The notes: a model not told the origin generated them from the sequence alone. 64,000 nt of DNA from Hemiscyllium ocellatum (GCF_020745735.1 NC_083425.1:10217575-10281574); one strand, 5' to 3'. Shown: positions 12,617-25,456, numbered from the stretch's first letter. Made by a program: numbers and translations.

Positions 12617-13089
12617 CTCGCTATCTTAGCCTTACCACCTGTTTCCAATGTTTGCTTAAATCCAGGATACTTCCTCATGGGTCAGTTCAAAATAGAAACC
12701 TTCTAACACCTTAAGCCTTGAATTATGAATCACAACAGGACCAAGTGGTGGATTCAGTGGAACCCCAGAGAATGCAAACACTTTTAGTGAGAATCACCTG
12801 ACACAAATATGTTTTTGAGGAATAATTTTACACACAAGCAATGACATGGATTCAGCCTCCTTTGGTACATCTTATTGACAGCAAGCCCCTGGTCTCTCCC
12901 TGTTCTTTGAAATGCCTCCTGTTTGGATTTTATTTCAGTGCTTCACTGCACTGTGAAAATCTCTATAGTAACGGTCATACTGTCTCAAGCAGAGAAACAG
13001 ACCCTTCAGTCCATCCAGTCCATGCAGACCATAACTCCAAACTAAATTCCCCTCCAATTATTTCTTATTCATGTACTTATCTCAATATC

Positions 13090-13532
13090 TTACTGAAAGA
13101 CTGAAGCGACTGGGCTTGTATACCCTAGAGCTTAGAAGACTGAGAGGGGATATGATTGAGACGTATAAGATTATGAAAGGATTGGACACTTTGGCAGCAG
13201 GAAACATGTTTCCACTGATGGGTGAGTGCCGAAGCAGAGGACACAGCTTAAAAATGTGGGGTAGACCATTTAGGACAGAGATGAGGAGAAACTTCTTCAC
13301 CCAGAGAGTGGTGGCTGTGTGGAATGCTCTGTCCCAGAGGGCAGTGGAGGCCCAGTCTCTGGATTAATTTAAGAAAGAGTTGGCTAGAGCTCTCAAAGAT
13401 AGTGGAATCAAGGGTTATGGAGATAAGGCAGGAAGCGGATACTGATTAGGAATGATCAGCCATGATCATATTGAATGGCGGTGCAGGCTCGAAGGGCTGA
13501 ATGGCCTACTCCTGCACCTATTGTCTATTGTC
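13090..13532 (+). mobile_element. CR1 LINE 3' fragment inserted into an opposite-strand CR1 remnant (12975-13735)
   Basis: ORF 13071-13367 ERLKRLGLYTLELRRLRGDMIETYKIMKG..FFTQRVVAVWNAL; tail attgtctattgtc. Confidence 0.88.
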
Positions 13533-14379
13533 CATCTCTTAACCATACCCACATCCATCACTTCTTCTGGAGGTTCATTCCACACACAAACCACTCTCTG
13601 TGTAACAGAAATTGCCCCTCATGTCTTCTTAAAATCTTTCTTGAAAATATGCTCCCTCGTCTTGAAATCTCCTTCCTTAGGGAAACATGCCTGCCATTGA
13701 CCTTATCGATAACCCTCATGATTGTACAAACCTTTGAAGAGATTCCAAGCCAATCCTACCGTGTTGGGAACAATAAACATAAGGATTGCAAATGCCACGT
13801 AGACCAGGCAGATGAAATTGCATCATTGGACAGAATACTGCACATATCTAATATTCCCAATTAGCCCCACTCTGACCAACAGCCATTCCCAATTTCACAG
13901 TGAGAATGCCAACTGTATGTTGTCACTGGTGGGTTTTCTTCGGAGATTCCCCATGTGTTCTGAAGTGGAACACAGAATGTTGATGGATCAGATTCATCCG
14001 CTCAGCTCATTCTGGCCAATAACAGCAGAGCTCATAAAATGTTATAATACAAGTTACATGTATTATACTGAGTGTTATGTAAACTCTGAGTGCTTGTAAA
14101 AAACCTCATTGCTGCTTTGTCTCACATTATAAACACATCAAAGATCATTTACAGAAATGAAGGATGGAAACAAGGCCAGAAGTATAGTTTGCCACTCTGT
14201 AAATCAAAGGAAGGAAATGTACCCAGCGTACAACAGGGGCTGGGGGATCTCTGTTCATAGGGTTTCAGATATCTGTATAATCCAGGATTGCTCCAAAATG
14301 GGGTTTAAGGTGTTGATATAATCTAGAGTGGTTGTTAAACTGGGTGTATATTATTTATGTATTTAGGTGTATTGATCCA

Positions 14380-15022
14380 CCTATCTGCTATCTGTCTGTC
14401 TGTCTGTCTGTATCTATCTGACTATCTATCTGTCTGTCTATCTAACTAACTATCTATTTGTCTGTCTGTAGGTCTGNNNNNNNNNNNNNNNNNNNNNNNN
14501 NNNNNNNNNNNNNNNNNNNNNNNNNNNNNNNNNNNNNNNNNNNNNNNNNNNNNNNNNNNNNNNNNNNNNNNNNNNNNNNNNNNNNNNNNNNNNNNNNNNN
14601 NNNNNNNNNNNNNNNNNNNNNNNNNNNNNNNNNNNNNNNNNNNNNNNNNNNNNNNNNNNNNNNNNNNNNNNNNNNNNNTGACTACCAATCTATCTATCTG
14701 TCTGGCTATCTATCTGTCTATCCGTCTGTCTNNNNNNNNNNNNNNNNNNNNNNNNNNNNNNNNNNNNNNNNNNNNNNNNNNNNNNNNNNNNNNNNNNNNN
14801 NNNNNNNNNNNNNNNNNNNNNNNNNNNNNNNNNNNNNNNNNNNNNNNNNNNNNNNNNNNNNNNNNNNNNNNNNNNNNNNNNNNNNNNNNNNNNNNNNNNN
14901 NNNNNNNNNNNNNNNNNNNNNNNNNNNNNNNNNNNNNNNNNNNNNNNNNNNNNNNNNNNNNNNNNNNNNNTGTCTGCCTATATGTCTATCTATCTGTTTA
15001 ACTGTCTGTCTATCTGTCTATC
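14380..15022. repeat. (TCTA/TCTG)n compound microsatellite with two assembly gaps
   Basis: tatctgtctgtctatc repeats flanking N runs. Confidence 0.9.
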
Positions 15023-15934
15023 TTCTATTTATTATTGTCATGTACATCTTGTTACAAAATACAGTGTTGTATAATGTTGCCACTCTCCAGCGTCATTTTA
15101 AAACACAGAAAAATAAATCAACACGTAGAACACAAAGGTAGAGAAATAAAGTGTCCAACGTTACAGTGCTTCTTCTGAAATGCTCTGCCGTGGGCCTGGA
15201 GGCCAGGCATGAGACCCTTCACCGCGCTGCCATTGCTGCAACGAAAGTCCCCATTCTTTGGCACTCTCTCACCTCCATCGATGCCCTCACCATTATTTGC
15301 TGGACCTCGCCAATGGAGACGCCCCTGATGCTTCCGAGTGCCAGCCTGACCCAACGTGGACTCCGCCACCGACTCCATGAATCTGTGTGGGAGGTAGACA
15401 CCACCAGGAACCCAAACCCATCTCTGCCACAGCCACCGGTCAGCTCTAGGCCCACCTGGATGATGCAGGAGTACTGATCCCACTGGGGGCTGCCAGCGCT
15501 GTAACTGAGCTCCTCAACAAAAGGTAAATAAAAGGAAAGAGAGAAAAGAGAAAAAAGGAAATGAAACAGAAAGAGAGGAGGATGGAACGGATGGGCTCTG
15601 AGCTCAGAAACCCTGCCCCACCAACTTACCAGAAATTGGCATGTCACCATCCTTGCCAGAACAATTAGGGACTGGGCAATAAATACTGACCCAGTCAGTA
15701 ATGCCCCCTTCCTGTGAACGAATTTTTACAAATCAAGAGAAAGTTCTTTTCCCCAGTGAGTGGGGAGCAGGTGGAAATGCAGGGGAGATCGGGGGGGGGG
15801 GGGGAAATGAAGGGGATGCTGGGTAATTGGATAAGAGAGGAAGGTCCCGCAGAAGGTGGGCCGGCTGAGACAGGGGGTGCTGGGAGGAGGCATGAACGGT
15901 TTGAACTGAATGACCTGTTCCCTTCCTAATTCCA

Positions 15935-16510
15935 AATGAGATGAGGGATTGAGTTCCAAAACCATGAGGTCATGCTGCAGCCGTACAAAACTCCGATATA
16001 GCTGCACTTGGAGTACTGTGCACACTTCTGGTCACCGCATTATAGGAAAGATGTGGAAGCTTTGGAAAGGGTGCAGAGATTTACTAGGCTGTTGTATAGT
16101 ATGGAGGGAAGGTCTTATGAGGAAACACTGAATGAGTTGAGGCTGTTTTCATTAGAGAGAAGAAGGCTGAGAGGTGACTTAACAGAGACACATGAAATAA
16201 TCAGAGGTTAGATAGGGTAGACAGTGACAGCCTATTTCCTCAGATGGCAAAGGCTAGCATGAGGGGACATAGCTTTAAATTGAGGAATGATACATATAGG
16301 ACAGATATCAGAGGTAATTTCTTTGCTCAGAGAGTAGTAGGAATGTGGAATGCCCTGCCTGCAACAGTAGTAGACTCACCAACTTTAAAGGCATTTAAAT
16401 GGTCATGGATGAAAATGGAATAGTGTAGGATAGATGGGCTTCAGATTGGTTTCACAGTTCAGTGTAATATCGAGGGCTGCAGGGCCTGCACTGCACTGTA
16501 ATGTTCTATG
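15935..16510 (+). mobile_element. CR1 LINE 3' fragment
   Basis: EYCAHFWSPHYRKDVEALERVQ, LFSLERRRLRGDL; tail gcactgtaatgttctatg. Confidence 0.9.
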
Positions 16511-17022
16511 AGGCAACCAGAACTGAACACAATATTCCAAGTTTGATCTAACCAGGACTCTGTAGAGCTGCAGCATAACCTCACGACTCTTAAACTCAAT
16601 CCCCCTGCTAATGAAAGCCAACACCTTCTTAACAACTCTATCAATTTGGGTGGTAACTTTGAGGGATCTATGGACGTGGACCCCAAGATTTGTCTGTTCC
16701 TCCACACTGCCAAGAATCTTGCCTTCAACCTTATTATCTGCATTCAAATGTGGCCTTCCAAAATGAATGACTTCACACTTTTCCAGGTTAAACTCCATCT
16801 GCCACTTCTCAGCCCAGTTCTGCATCCTGTCAGTGTCCCATTGCAACCGACAGCAGCCATTCACACTACCCACAACTCCACCAACCTTCATATCATCAGC
16901 AAACTTACTAACTTTACCCTTCCACTTTCCCATCCAAGTCATTCATAAAAGTCACAACGAGCAGAAGTCCCAGAGGGCATCCCTGTGGAACACCACTGAT
17001 CACCAAACTCCAGGCTGAATAA
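16511..17022 (-). mobile_element. CR1 LINE reverse-transcriptase fragment
   Basis: ORF 16403-16942 KVSKFADDMKVGG..WAEKWQMEFNLEKCEVIHFG..LEYCVQFW. Confidence 0.9.
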
Positions 17023-17594
17023 TTATTCTTGTTCAGTAGACTCACTGCTAAATGAATGTGTTGTGACCAGCCTGATGGTCTGTGCTAGTCAGATGAGCTT
17101 GAATAGAGATCCCTTGCTATATTTCTGCAAACGTTTGTCTTGGATTGTGTACTATATTGCCGGGTTGCCAGGCTGTGGAAATAGACACCCTGACTTCGAA
17201 ATAAATAAATGTGTGATGTGATATTTCCCCCATTTCTATACAGAGAGGTTCAAATCACTGAGCAGCTTTGGACCTGGAACAGAAGCAGCATCTGAAGAGT
17301 GTTCCCAAGGGATGGGGATCTGCTTCCAAGAATGTGGAATTAACTGAATAGTATCTGCCATCTGTTTATTCAGCCAAATGAATCATCAGTAAAGATAATT
17401 GAATTTGATATGCTAATACTTCATTTGCATGTCTGGAGTCCTAAACCTTCCATGTTATCAAAATGATGAAGAGTACATTGAAGTTAACATGCAATATAAT
17501 TAATTTAACAATAAAAACAAACTTGAAGGGAATTTAGGTTTAAAGACACATCGATAACGCTGTTTTGTCAATTCTCCACCTTAGCTCCCTTCAG

Positions 17595-17766
17595 GAGAAA
17601 GTGGGCACTGCAGACGCTGGAGATCAGAGTCAAAGAGTGTGTTGCTGGAAAAGCACAGCCAGACAGGCAGCATCCTGATGAAGGGCTTATGCCCGAAACG
17701 TCGATTCTCCTGCTCCTCGGATGCTGCCTGTCCTGCTGTGCTTTTCCAGCACCACCCTCTCCAACG
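17595..17766. mobile_element. Penelope-like hairpin element, family A
   Basis: TSD TAGCTCCCT(T/C)CAG at 17582-17594 and 17767-17779. Confidence 0.82.
17672..17705 (+). ncRNA. Minimal type I hammerhead ribozyme motif
   Basis: ATC-CTGATGA-A-GGGC-TTAT-GCCC-GAAA-CGTC-GAT: complete core, stem I ATC/GAT, palindromic ACGT stem III; activity untested. Confidence 0.7.
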
Positions 17767-18356
17767 TAGCTCCCTCCAGCACAGTTTCACTCCGGGGGGG
17801 ATCATGGGATTCCTCTCTCTATGGTCTCTCGCTATTTCTCTGGGGGACTACTCAGAACCTAAAGCCGTGATTCGATTTGCAGGTTTTCTCATTGGCTGCA
17901 CTGCGTGTAAACCCTAATGGAGAAAGGATTATGTTCTGCAACGCACTCCCCGAGCTCCGGACAATCCTAAGTGATTACTGAAGTGTGGTCACTGTCAGAA
18001 TGTAGGAAATGTAGCAGCCAATCTGGGCAGAGCCAGCTCCCACAATATAGGAGTGAAAGCAGAAGGTGCTGAGAAAGATCAGGTTGTGTTTTATGGAGAC
18101 AGGCCGGAACCAGTTGGCGTGTAAGAACCCCTCCACCTGGAGTGAAAATTGGGTCTAACATCTCAGGTTTCATCAGGAGACTGGTCAGAGAGACGAGGAC
18201 CCGAGGGCACAGCCTCAGAGTGAAGGGACGACCCTCTCGAACTGAGATGAGGGGGAATTTCTTCAGCCAGAGGATGGGAAATGTGTGAATCTCATTGCTG
18301 CAGGGGGCTGTGTAGGTCTAGTTACTGAGTGTATTTAAGACAGAGATAGATTGGTT

Positions 18357-18660
18357 TTAGATTAGATTAGATTACTTACAGTGTGGAAACAGGCCCTTTG
18401 GCCCAACAAGTCCACACCGACCCGCCGAAGCGCAACCCACCCATACCCCTACATATACCCCTTACCTAACACTACGGGCAATTTAGCATGGCCAATTCAC
18501 CTGACCCACACATCTTTGGACTGTGGGAGGAAACCGGAGTAAACCCACGCAGACACGGGGAGAATGTGCAAACTCCACACAGTCAGTCACTTGAGGCGGG
18601 AATTGAACCCAGGTCCCTGGCGCTGTGAGGCAGCGGTGCTAACCACTGTGCCACCGTGCC
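18357..18660 (-). mobile_element. Young HE1 SINE inserted in a CR1 3' fragment
   Basis: (AGATT)n tail, intact head, nearly identical to 61969-62275. Confidence 0.92.
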
Positions 18661-19604
18661 GGTGAGGGGATGAAGAGTTGTAGGGAGAAGGGGGCTGAGA
18701 AACGTCAGCCCTAATTGAGCAGATGTGATGGGCTGAATGGCCTAATGCAGTTCCTAACTTTTATGGTCCAACCTAGGGGGGTTGGGGGGGTGGGGGGGTG
18801 GGGAGAGGGGGTGGGGGGTAGTGGGGGGAGGGGTTGGGAGGTGTTGCTGAAAGAGATATTTGTGTGGGGCGCAGTATTGGTGGGGAGAGGTTTTAAACAG
18901 AACTCAACTGTTTACCAGGATGATGGAATCAGCGATTTTGAAAGGATGTTGGATAGATACTCCAGGGCAGTGGGGATAAGGGTGGAGAACAGGACATACA
19001 ATGCACTTTCCTACAGATTGCCATCCTGGATTCAATGGGCCGAATAGCTTCCTTCTGTGCCATAATGACCTCGTAGCGGCTGGAGAAAGCTCTGCTGCTC
19101 TTCTTCATACAGTGTCGCTGCTCTTTCCACCTTCCGCCCCGAGGGATTTAAGGGACTCTGTCGGCTTAAGCCCTTTCTCTTCTTTTGCAGCTGAGAGCTG
19201 CAGCAATGATGTGACTGAGATGTGACGTTGACCGAGGTTACGATGCTTTACAGACAGAATGGCTCTCAGGTCTCACCAGTGACCAGTGGAACAGTCAGAG
19301 GCCTAGCAATGTGGAATACAGTGACCACGTTATCTGTCAATAACTAAGGAATATGTCAAGGAATTGAGGTGAAGACAGACACTATCCTGACTGAAGCTAT
19401 CAGATAATGTTCTCTAGCTGAGAGCTGTCAGACTGTGATGTTCCAAATTCATCTCTTGTTCAGAGCCCACAGCCACGATGTGGAGGTGCCGGTGTTGGAC
19501 TGGGGTGGACTAGGTCAGAGGTCACACAACACCAGCTCATAGTCTAACAGGTTTATTTGAAGTCATGAGCTTGCACAGCACTTTGTTAGGTTCATCTGAA
19601 AAAT

Positions 19605-19825
19605 CTTCGAGGAGAAAGTGAGGTCTGCAGATGCTGGAGATCAGAGCTGTAAATGTGTTGCTGGAAAAGCGCAGCAGGTCAGGCAGCATCCAAGGAACAG
19701 GAAATTCGACGTTTCGGGCATAAGCCCTTCATCAGGGTTTCCTGATGAAGGGCTTATGCCCGAAACGTCGAATTTCCTGTTCCTTGGATGCTGCCTGACC
19801 TGCTGCGCTTTTCCAGCAACACATT
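19605..19825. mobile_element. Penelope-like hairpin element, family A, with perfect 86-bp arms
   Basis: 14-bp TSD TTCATCTGAAAAAT (19591-19604, 19826-19839); arms 19651-19736 and 19741-19826 are exact reverse complements; sits at the end of a family B remnant (19478-19600). Confidence 0.92.
19739..19772 (+). ncRNA. Minimal hammerhead ribozyme motif (mirror core on minus strand at 19708-19735)
   Basis: TTC-CTGATGA-A-GGGC-TTAT-GCCC-GAAA-CGTC-GAA. Confidence 0.72.
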
Positions 19826-19859
19826 TTCATCTGAAAAATACCTGGTAACCGAAGATGAA

Positions 19860-20112
19860 GAAGACCACCATACCCAGGCCATGACCACCACACCAGGCCA
19901 AGATTACCACCAGATGCGACCACTACACCAGGTTGAGACCACCACACCAGGTTGAGACCACCACACCAGGCCAAGAGCACCACATTAAACCCAGACCATC
20001 ACACCAGGCCTAGACCGCCACGCCAAACCAAGATGACCAACACTGGACCCAGACCATCCCGCTGAACTGAGACCACCATCGGGCCAAGACCACTACACCA
20101 GCCGACACCATC
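19860..20112. repeat. Degenerate ~21-bp minisatellite
   Basis: gagaccaccacaccaggccaa-like units. Confidence 0.75.
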
Positions 20113-21799
20113 ACTTCTTTTCCTTCAGCTGCCTGGGCCTACCTGCAGTCATGGAGCCTCAGACTAGCCTGTGGGCCGGCTAATACAATATGGTAAATTA
20201 TGCACTTCCAGTTGTAAGAGACTGAATGAAAAAGGGTCTGTCATAGTCCACGCTGGGTTCTGCCAGTATCATAATTAAATTAAAATGTAATGAGTCAATT
20301 ACAGCAGTTGCCAACAATGAAGACAGCAGATTGTGCAGTGATAAACTTCCTACTGTGCATGTGTTTAGTGATAATTTATATCCATTCCATTTATGAATCC
20401 AAAAGAACAGGGCCTGTCCTTAATGAGTGGCCTGATTTCAATCATGTTGCCATTTATTTATTGATCGGTTTGAAGAGGTTTAACAACAGCTGCCTTGCCT
20501 GTCTCACTTTAATAATCCACTCAGTCCATGAGTCACAGCAAGATACCTTCAACTCTTCCCCTTGTCCTGAGCAAGGCCATATGCTACTTGGCATCCATTC
20601 ACCGCTCAGAGCAGGGTTGGTGTATCGCTCGGAGCGGTGGGCTGAGAGACTGGTTGTGTTAGGGCTCCTGCAAGAGTAAGCTCAAAGTACATTGAATTAT
20701 AAAGGATCTGCAGAGTAGAGTCAGGGCTCTCAGAGTCAGCAGGTCTCAGTCAGTGCTACACAATCACCCTCCTACTCCCCTTCGGTGTGTTCCCCGACCT
20801 CCGGACAATCTAAAGTGATTTCCTGATGTATATTTGAAGTGTGGTCACTGTCAGAATGTAGGAAACGTAGCAGCCAATCTGGGCAGAGCAAGCTCCCACA
20901 ATATAGGAGCGAAAGCAGAAGGTGCTGAGAAAGATCAGGCTGTGCTTTATGGAGACAGGCCGGAACCAGTTGGCGTGTAAGAACACCCCACCTGGAGTGA
21001 AAATTGGGTCGAACATCTCATGTTCCATCAGGAGACTGGTCAGAGAGACGAGGACCCGAGGGCACAGCCTCAGAGTGAAGGGATGACCTTCTCGAGCTGA
21101 GATGAGGGGGAATTTCTTCAGGCAGAGGGTGGAGAATGTGTGGAACTCATTGCTGCAGGGGGCTCACTCCCCATCGTCTCCCTGCTGGCAAGTGGGATTA
21201 GAGTAATTAGCTGTTTGTTTTTGGATGGACGCAGACTTGTTGGGCCAAAGGGCCTTATTTCTGTGCCTTAGACCTCTATCTGATTCGGTCTCTCAGCTCA
21301 TTGTTCCAATCCTTTCTTCTTCCTAAAGTTTTGCCAAAAACAAAAATGTTCTGCCGTTTGTTAAAGACTCTTCCTGACAAATGTCTCACGAGAGCTACTG
21401 TCAGACACAAAATGAAAATGGCCCCTCTTTGCTGAGTCAGGGTTGGATCTGCTGCTGGGAGGAGGAAAAAGGCGTTGTTCCTGACCACACTGTGCAAGCT
21501 TGGTCACTGAGCATGCTCACTTCATTTCTCATTATTAATGACATCAAGGGATCTGAGGATCATGCACCAAATATGGTGCTGAGATAGATCAGTCAGGATC
21601 TAGAATGACAGAGCAGGACTGAATGGTCTACTCTTGCTCCTATATTGTATTCAACCTTCAAGTCTACCTCACACTGGCTCTGTGTGGGCAGGAATCAAGT
21701 GGCCTTCCATTATTATCCTTTGATAAGATCAAAAGAATTTGCAAGTTAAGAGGGTCGTTGATTGGAGGTGGGAAGGAAGGATGATAGAATGGTGATATA

Positions 21800-22298
21800 C
21801 ATCTCCCTCTCCCATTCTGCCAAGAACATGCAAGTCCTAGGCCTCCTCCACTGCCAAAGCCTAGCCACTCAATGCCTGAAGGAAGAGCACTTCGTCTCCC
21901 TCCTTGGGACCTTCCAACCACACAGCATCAACATCCATTTCCCCAGTTTCTTCATCTCCCCTCCCCCCACCTTATCCCAGATCCAACCTTCTAACTTGGC
22001 ACCACCCTCTTGAACTGTCCTACCTGTCCATCTTCCTTCCCACCTATCAGCTCCACCTTCCCCTCCGACCTATCACAATCACCCCCCACCTGCATCTACC
22101 TACCGCATCCCCAGCTACCGTCCCCCAGCCCCATGCCCCTCCTATTTATCTTTCAGGCCTCTTGTGCCCCCTCCCCACATTCCTGATGAAGAGCTTATGC
22201 TCGAAACATTGACTCTCCAGCTCTTCAGATACTGCCTGAACTGCTGTGCTTTTCCAGCAACACACTCTCAACTCTGATCTCCAGTCCTCAGATTCTCC
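21800..22298 (+). mobile_element. Penelope-like retroelement 3' fragment: GIY-YIG endonuclease C-terminus plus pLTR with hammerhead
   Basis: SHSAKNMQVLGLLHCQSLATQCLKEEHFVSLLGTFQPHSIN resembles the PLE endonuclease end (..EE..I..LGTL.P.G.N); pLTR shares the tgctgcctga.ctgctgtgcttttccagca body; TSD GAAT(G/A)GTGATATA at 21787-21799 and 22299-22311. Confidence 0.85.
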
Positions 22299-23429
22299 GA
22301 ATAGTGATATAAGTCAGGGCACAGGGCACTTATGGCACAGTGCCCTTTCAAGTCTCACCTGCCCCAGAGGTCAGCTGATAATGTGTCCTAGCGGGGCTAG
22401 GTTAACAATGAATCGACACTGTGTGGTTAGGAGAGGAACTGTGTGTCTGGCTGAGTCACCGAATAAATGGGCTCACTACATTGTTCTAAACTCATTCACC
22501 AGATGTGGACATCGCTGACTGGCCCAGCATTTATTGCCTAATTACCCAGAAGCCAGTTAAGAGTCAACACATTGTGGCCAGACCAGGTAAGGATGGAATT
22601 TCCTACCCTAAAGGACATTAGTGAACCAGATGGGATTTTCCAACAATTGACAATGGATTCATGATCATCATTAGATTTCTAAATCCAAGGTTTTTTTTGA
22701 AGACAAATTTCACACCTGCCACACTGGGGTCTGAACCCAGGTCATTACCTGGGAGTCTGGACTATCAATCCAGCGACGATATGACCAGGCCATCACCTTG
22801 TCCTTTTAGTTTGTAGCACAATGTCCCAGAGTGCTGGGCTCTGGTCACTCTCAGTGAGATAGCTGCTGGGGAAGCGGGGTGTGGGAGTGGAGTGGAGACA
22901 GAGGAACAGGAGGATGGTGGATGTTAGCAAAGTGAGCAATGCTCTGCAATGCCTCCTACTGCCTCCTGAGCTCAGTACAGACCCACAAACAGGAGTGGGG
23001 GGGAGTGGGGAATAACTACCATCATTTACTGAGCAGACTTAGAAGAAATCTCCTAGCAATGGAGGATGTTACTATAGGCTGGGGTCACCATGAAAGACTC
23101 TCCTTCTCAACCTCTTCCCTCATGTGAGGCCTGGTGACCCTCAGGTTCACCCAGCACCACTAATGGGAATGCAGGCCTCTGGGCCTATGGAGATTTTATT
23201 TACTTACCATGTGCTGAATCAAGCAAGAGTTTCAACCCATTGGGTCACTGTGACCCCTTTAGGGAAGGAAACTGCCATCCTCACCTGGTCTGGCCGACAT
23301 GTGACTCCAGATCCACAGCAAAATGGCGGACTCTTGACTGTCCTCTGGGCAATTAGGGATGGGCAATAAATGCTGGCCCAGGCAGAGATGTCCACGATCC
23401 TGTGAATTAATAAATGAAGACTCGAATAA

Positions 23430-23715
23430 AAGCGAAATACTGCAGATGCTGGAGATCTGAAGCAAGTACAGAGACTGCTGGAGAAACGCAACAGATCAGG
23501 CAGCATTTATGGAAAGAGAAAAATGGCATTTGAATCTGTATGACCTTTCAGAATACAAGTTCTGTCTTCGGAACTGAAGGAGAGTTGTGTTGGATTCGAA
23601 ACGTTAACTCTGTTTCTCCCTCCACCGATGTTGCCAGACCTGCTGAGTTTCTCCAGCAATCTCTGCATTTGTTTAAGAATTTCCACAGTAGTTTCTAACA
23701 TTTTTTTTTCAGTTT
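23430..23715. mobile_element. Penelope-like hairpin element, family C (degenerate)
   Basis: ctgcagatgctggaga..ctgctggagaaac / gacctgctgagtttctccagca arms; CTGAAGGA..GGATTC-GAAA-CGTT-AAC. Confidence 0.65.
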
Positions 23716-24287
23716 CTTCTGAGTAATTGTAGTAAGCTCAGTATTTTCTGTTGTCTGAAGGTAGGGAGTATAATTTTGTAACAGCAATCCTATTATATTG
23801 TTTTAAATGATCTTTCTGTGAGGTGGAAGGACAGGTGCTTTGTTGTGGGCTGTGAATTCAATAAGCAGCACAAAGATGGTCTGATGTTTGGAAGTGAAAA
23901 TATCAGCCGTGATTCATGTCACGTAAGCTCAATGGGGGTTGAGTTCTAATGACAGAACTTAACACATTGCTGAAAAGACAGGCCTCTGAAAGGTACATCG
24001 TGTCCATGTGAAGGTTTGTTTGGATACATGGTGGGTGATCAGCTTTGCACGACCCTGTACATTCAGAACTGACTCTGATACACTGCCCAGGGCAGCCCTT
24101 CACTCCGATTACAGTAGCTGGGCCATTCTTGGAAATGGACGTCATTCTACAAGCCAGCTTTTGTCTTGCAGGCAGCTACACGACTGTCCACCTCTGTTGA
24201 TGAATGTCTTACCTACAGAACTGTGCGTGGGCTCTATCTCAATGACAAAGACCTTCATTTTATTTATTGCTTTATTGCCATAATAAC

Positions 24288-24642
24288 AACGGTGAACATA
24301 GCCCAGTCTGTCACGCAAACCGGCCTACCCTCCATAGACTCTGCCTACACTTCCCACTGCCTTGGGAAGGCAACCAATGTCGTTGAAGACCCCTCCCACC
24401 CCAGTTCTATTCTCATCCATCAGACAGAAGGTACAAAAGTTTGAAAACATATTTAAGAACAGTTGTTCCCCGCTGTTATGAATAGATCTCTCGTATATTA
24501 GACTTGGTCTTTCCCCACGCCTTCTATGTTGCCATAACACTACATTCTGCATTGTGTTTCATTACTTATGTAAAGAACGATTTGCCCAGATAACGCGCAA
24601 AACCATTACAATTTTCACCATATCTCGGTACATATGACAATC
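24288..24642 (+). mobile_element. Rex1/Babar-type LINE 3' fragment
   Basis: VNIAQSVTQTGLPSIDSAYTSHCLGKATNVVEDPSHP and tail ttttcac..tatctcggtacatatgacaat. Confidence 0.65.
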
Positions 24643-25456
24643 AGCGCTGGTCTTTCAGCCAAGGGCAAGTGGACTTTGTACCGTTGGGTTCCCAAAGTTG
24701 GCTTGGTCCTGATGGACAGCACGTCAGGTTCTGGGCAGGGTCCAGATTGACCCGAGCAACCACGGCACAAATTTTACGACAGGATCTAACTCCCGATCTC
24801 AGTGGTTAGGGCTATTTTCTTTAGCGATCCCAGACAGTTAGGATCCCCTTTCCTTTGTAAACGGTTCAAGGGCCTTTTCAAGACAAGACATTTACTTATG
24901 AATTATTCTGTCATAGGAACAATGGCTTTTCCTTTAATGATGCAGCATGTCGGATTTAAACAGCTAACCATCATGTCCTGGGAGGGTATACCTGAGACCA
25001 ATCCATGTGGGAATTTCCGGGATTTTTCGCAGGTCCAGGAAACGCCAAGAGAGACAAGCAGCCTTCCCCAGGCCTTGGCTACATTCCCTCCACCACCCCA
25101 CCAAAGGTGCAGCTGGGTCAGTTTATAAGCGAGCTGATACACCTCAGCTGAGGCAGGATGGGATGTGAACAAGGACCTTTCGGCCTCAAGGTAGGGTCAC
25201 TACCACTGCGTCACAAGAGCCCTCCAAGAGTGCATCTGCTACCAACAAGTTACAGCTGTTTCGAAGCCCTCAGCAACCAATGCAGGGATTTCCAATGGAA
25301 CAGGCTGTGATGGCCTGAGATGGGAAAACCCCAACAATGGGATAACCTTAATGTAATGCTCATGTAAACCTTAATACCAAAGGGAACAACACAAACATTG
25401 CTGTGGGATAATTCACATCTGACTACGAGAGAACAGATGGCTTTTTTTTCCCATTT

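Noticed and set aside
14446-15141. ORFs spanning N runs (also 46902-47341 and 52552-53049)
   Set aside because: Open only because of assembly gaps.
15935-17022. Opposed CR1 pieces as a twin-priming inversion
   Set aside because: The inverted piece lies 3' of the tail and the overlapping parts differ in sequence, so these are two separate insertions.
18775-18845. G-rich tract as a functional G-quadruplex (also poly-C at 58594-58636)
   Set aside because: Simple-sequence runs with no positional context, and prone to sequencing error.
25009-25018. NF-kB consensus GGGAATTTCC
   Set aside because: Single 10-mer with no supporting context.
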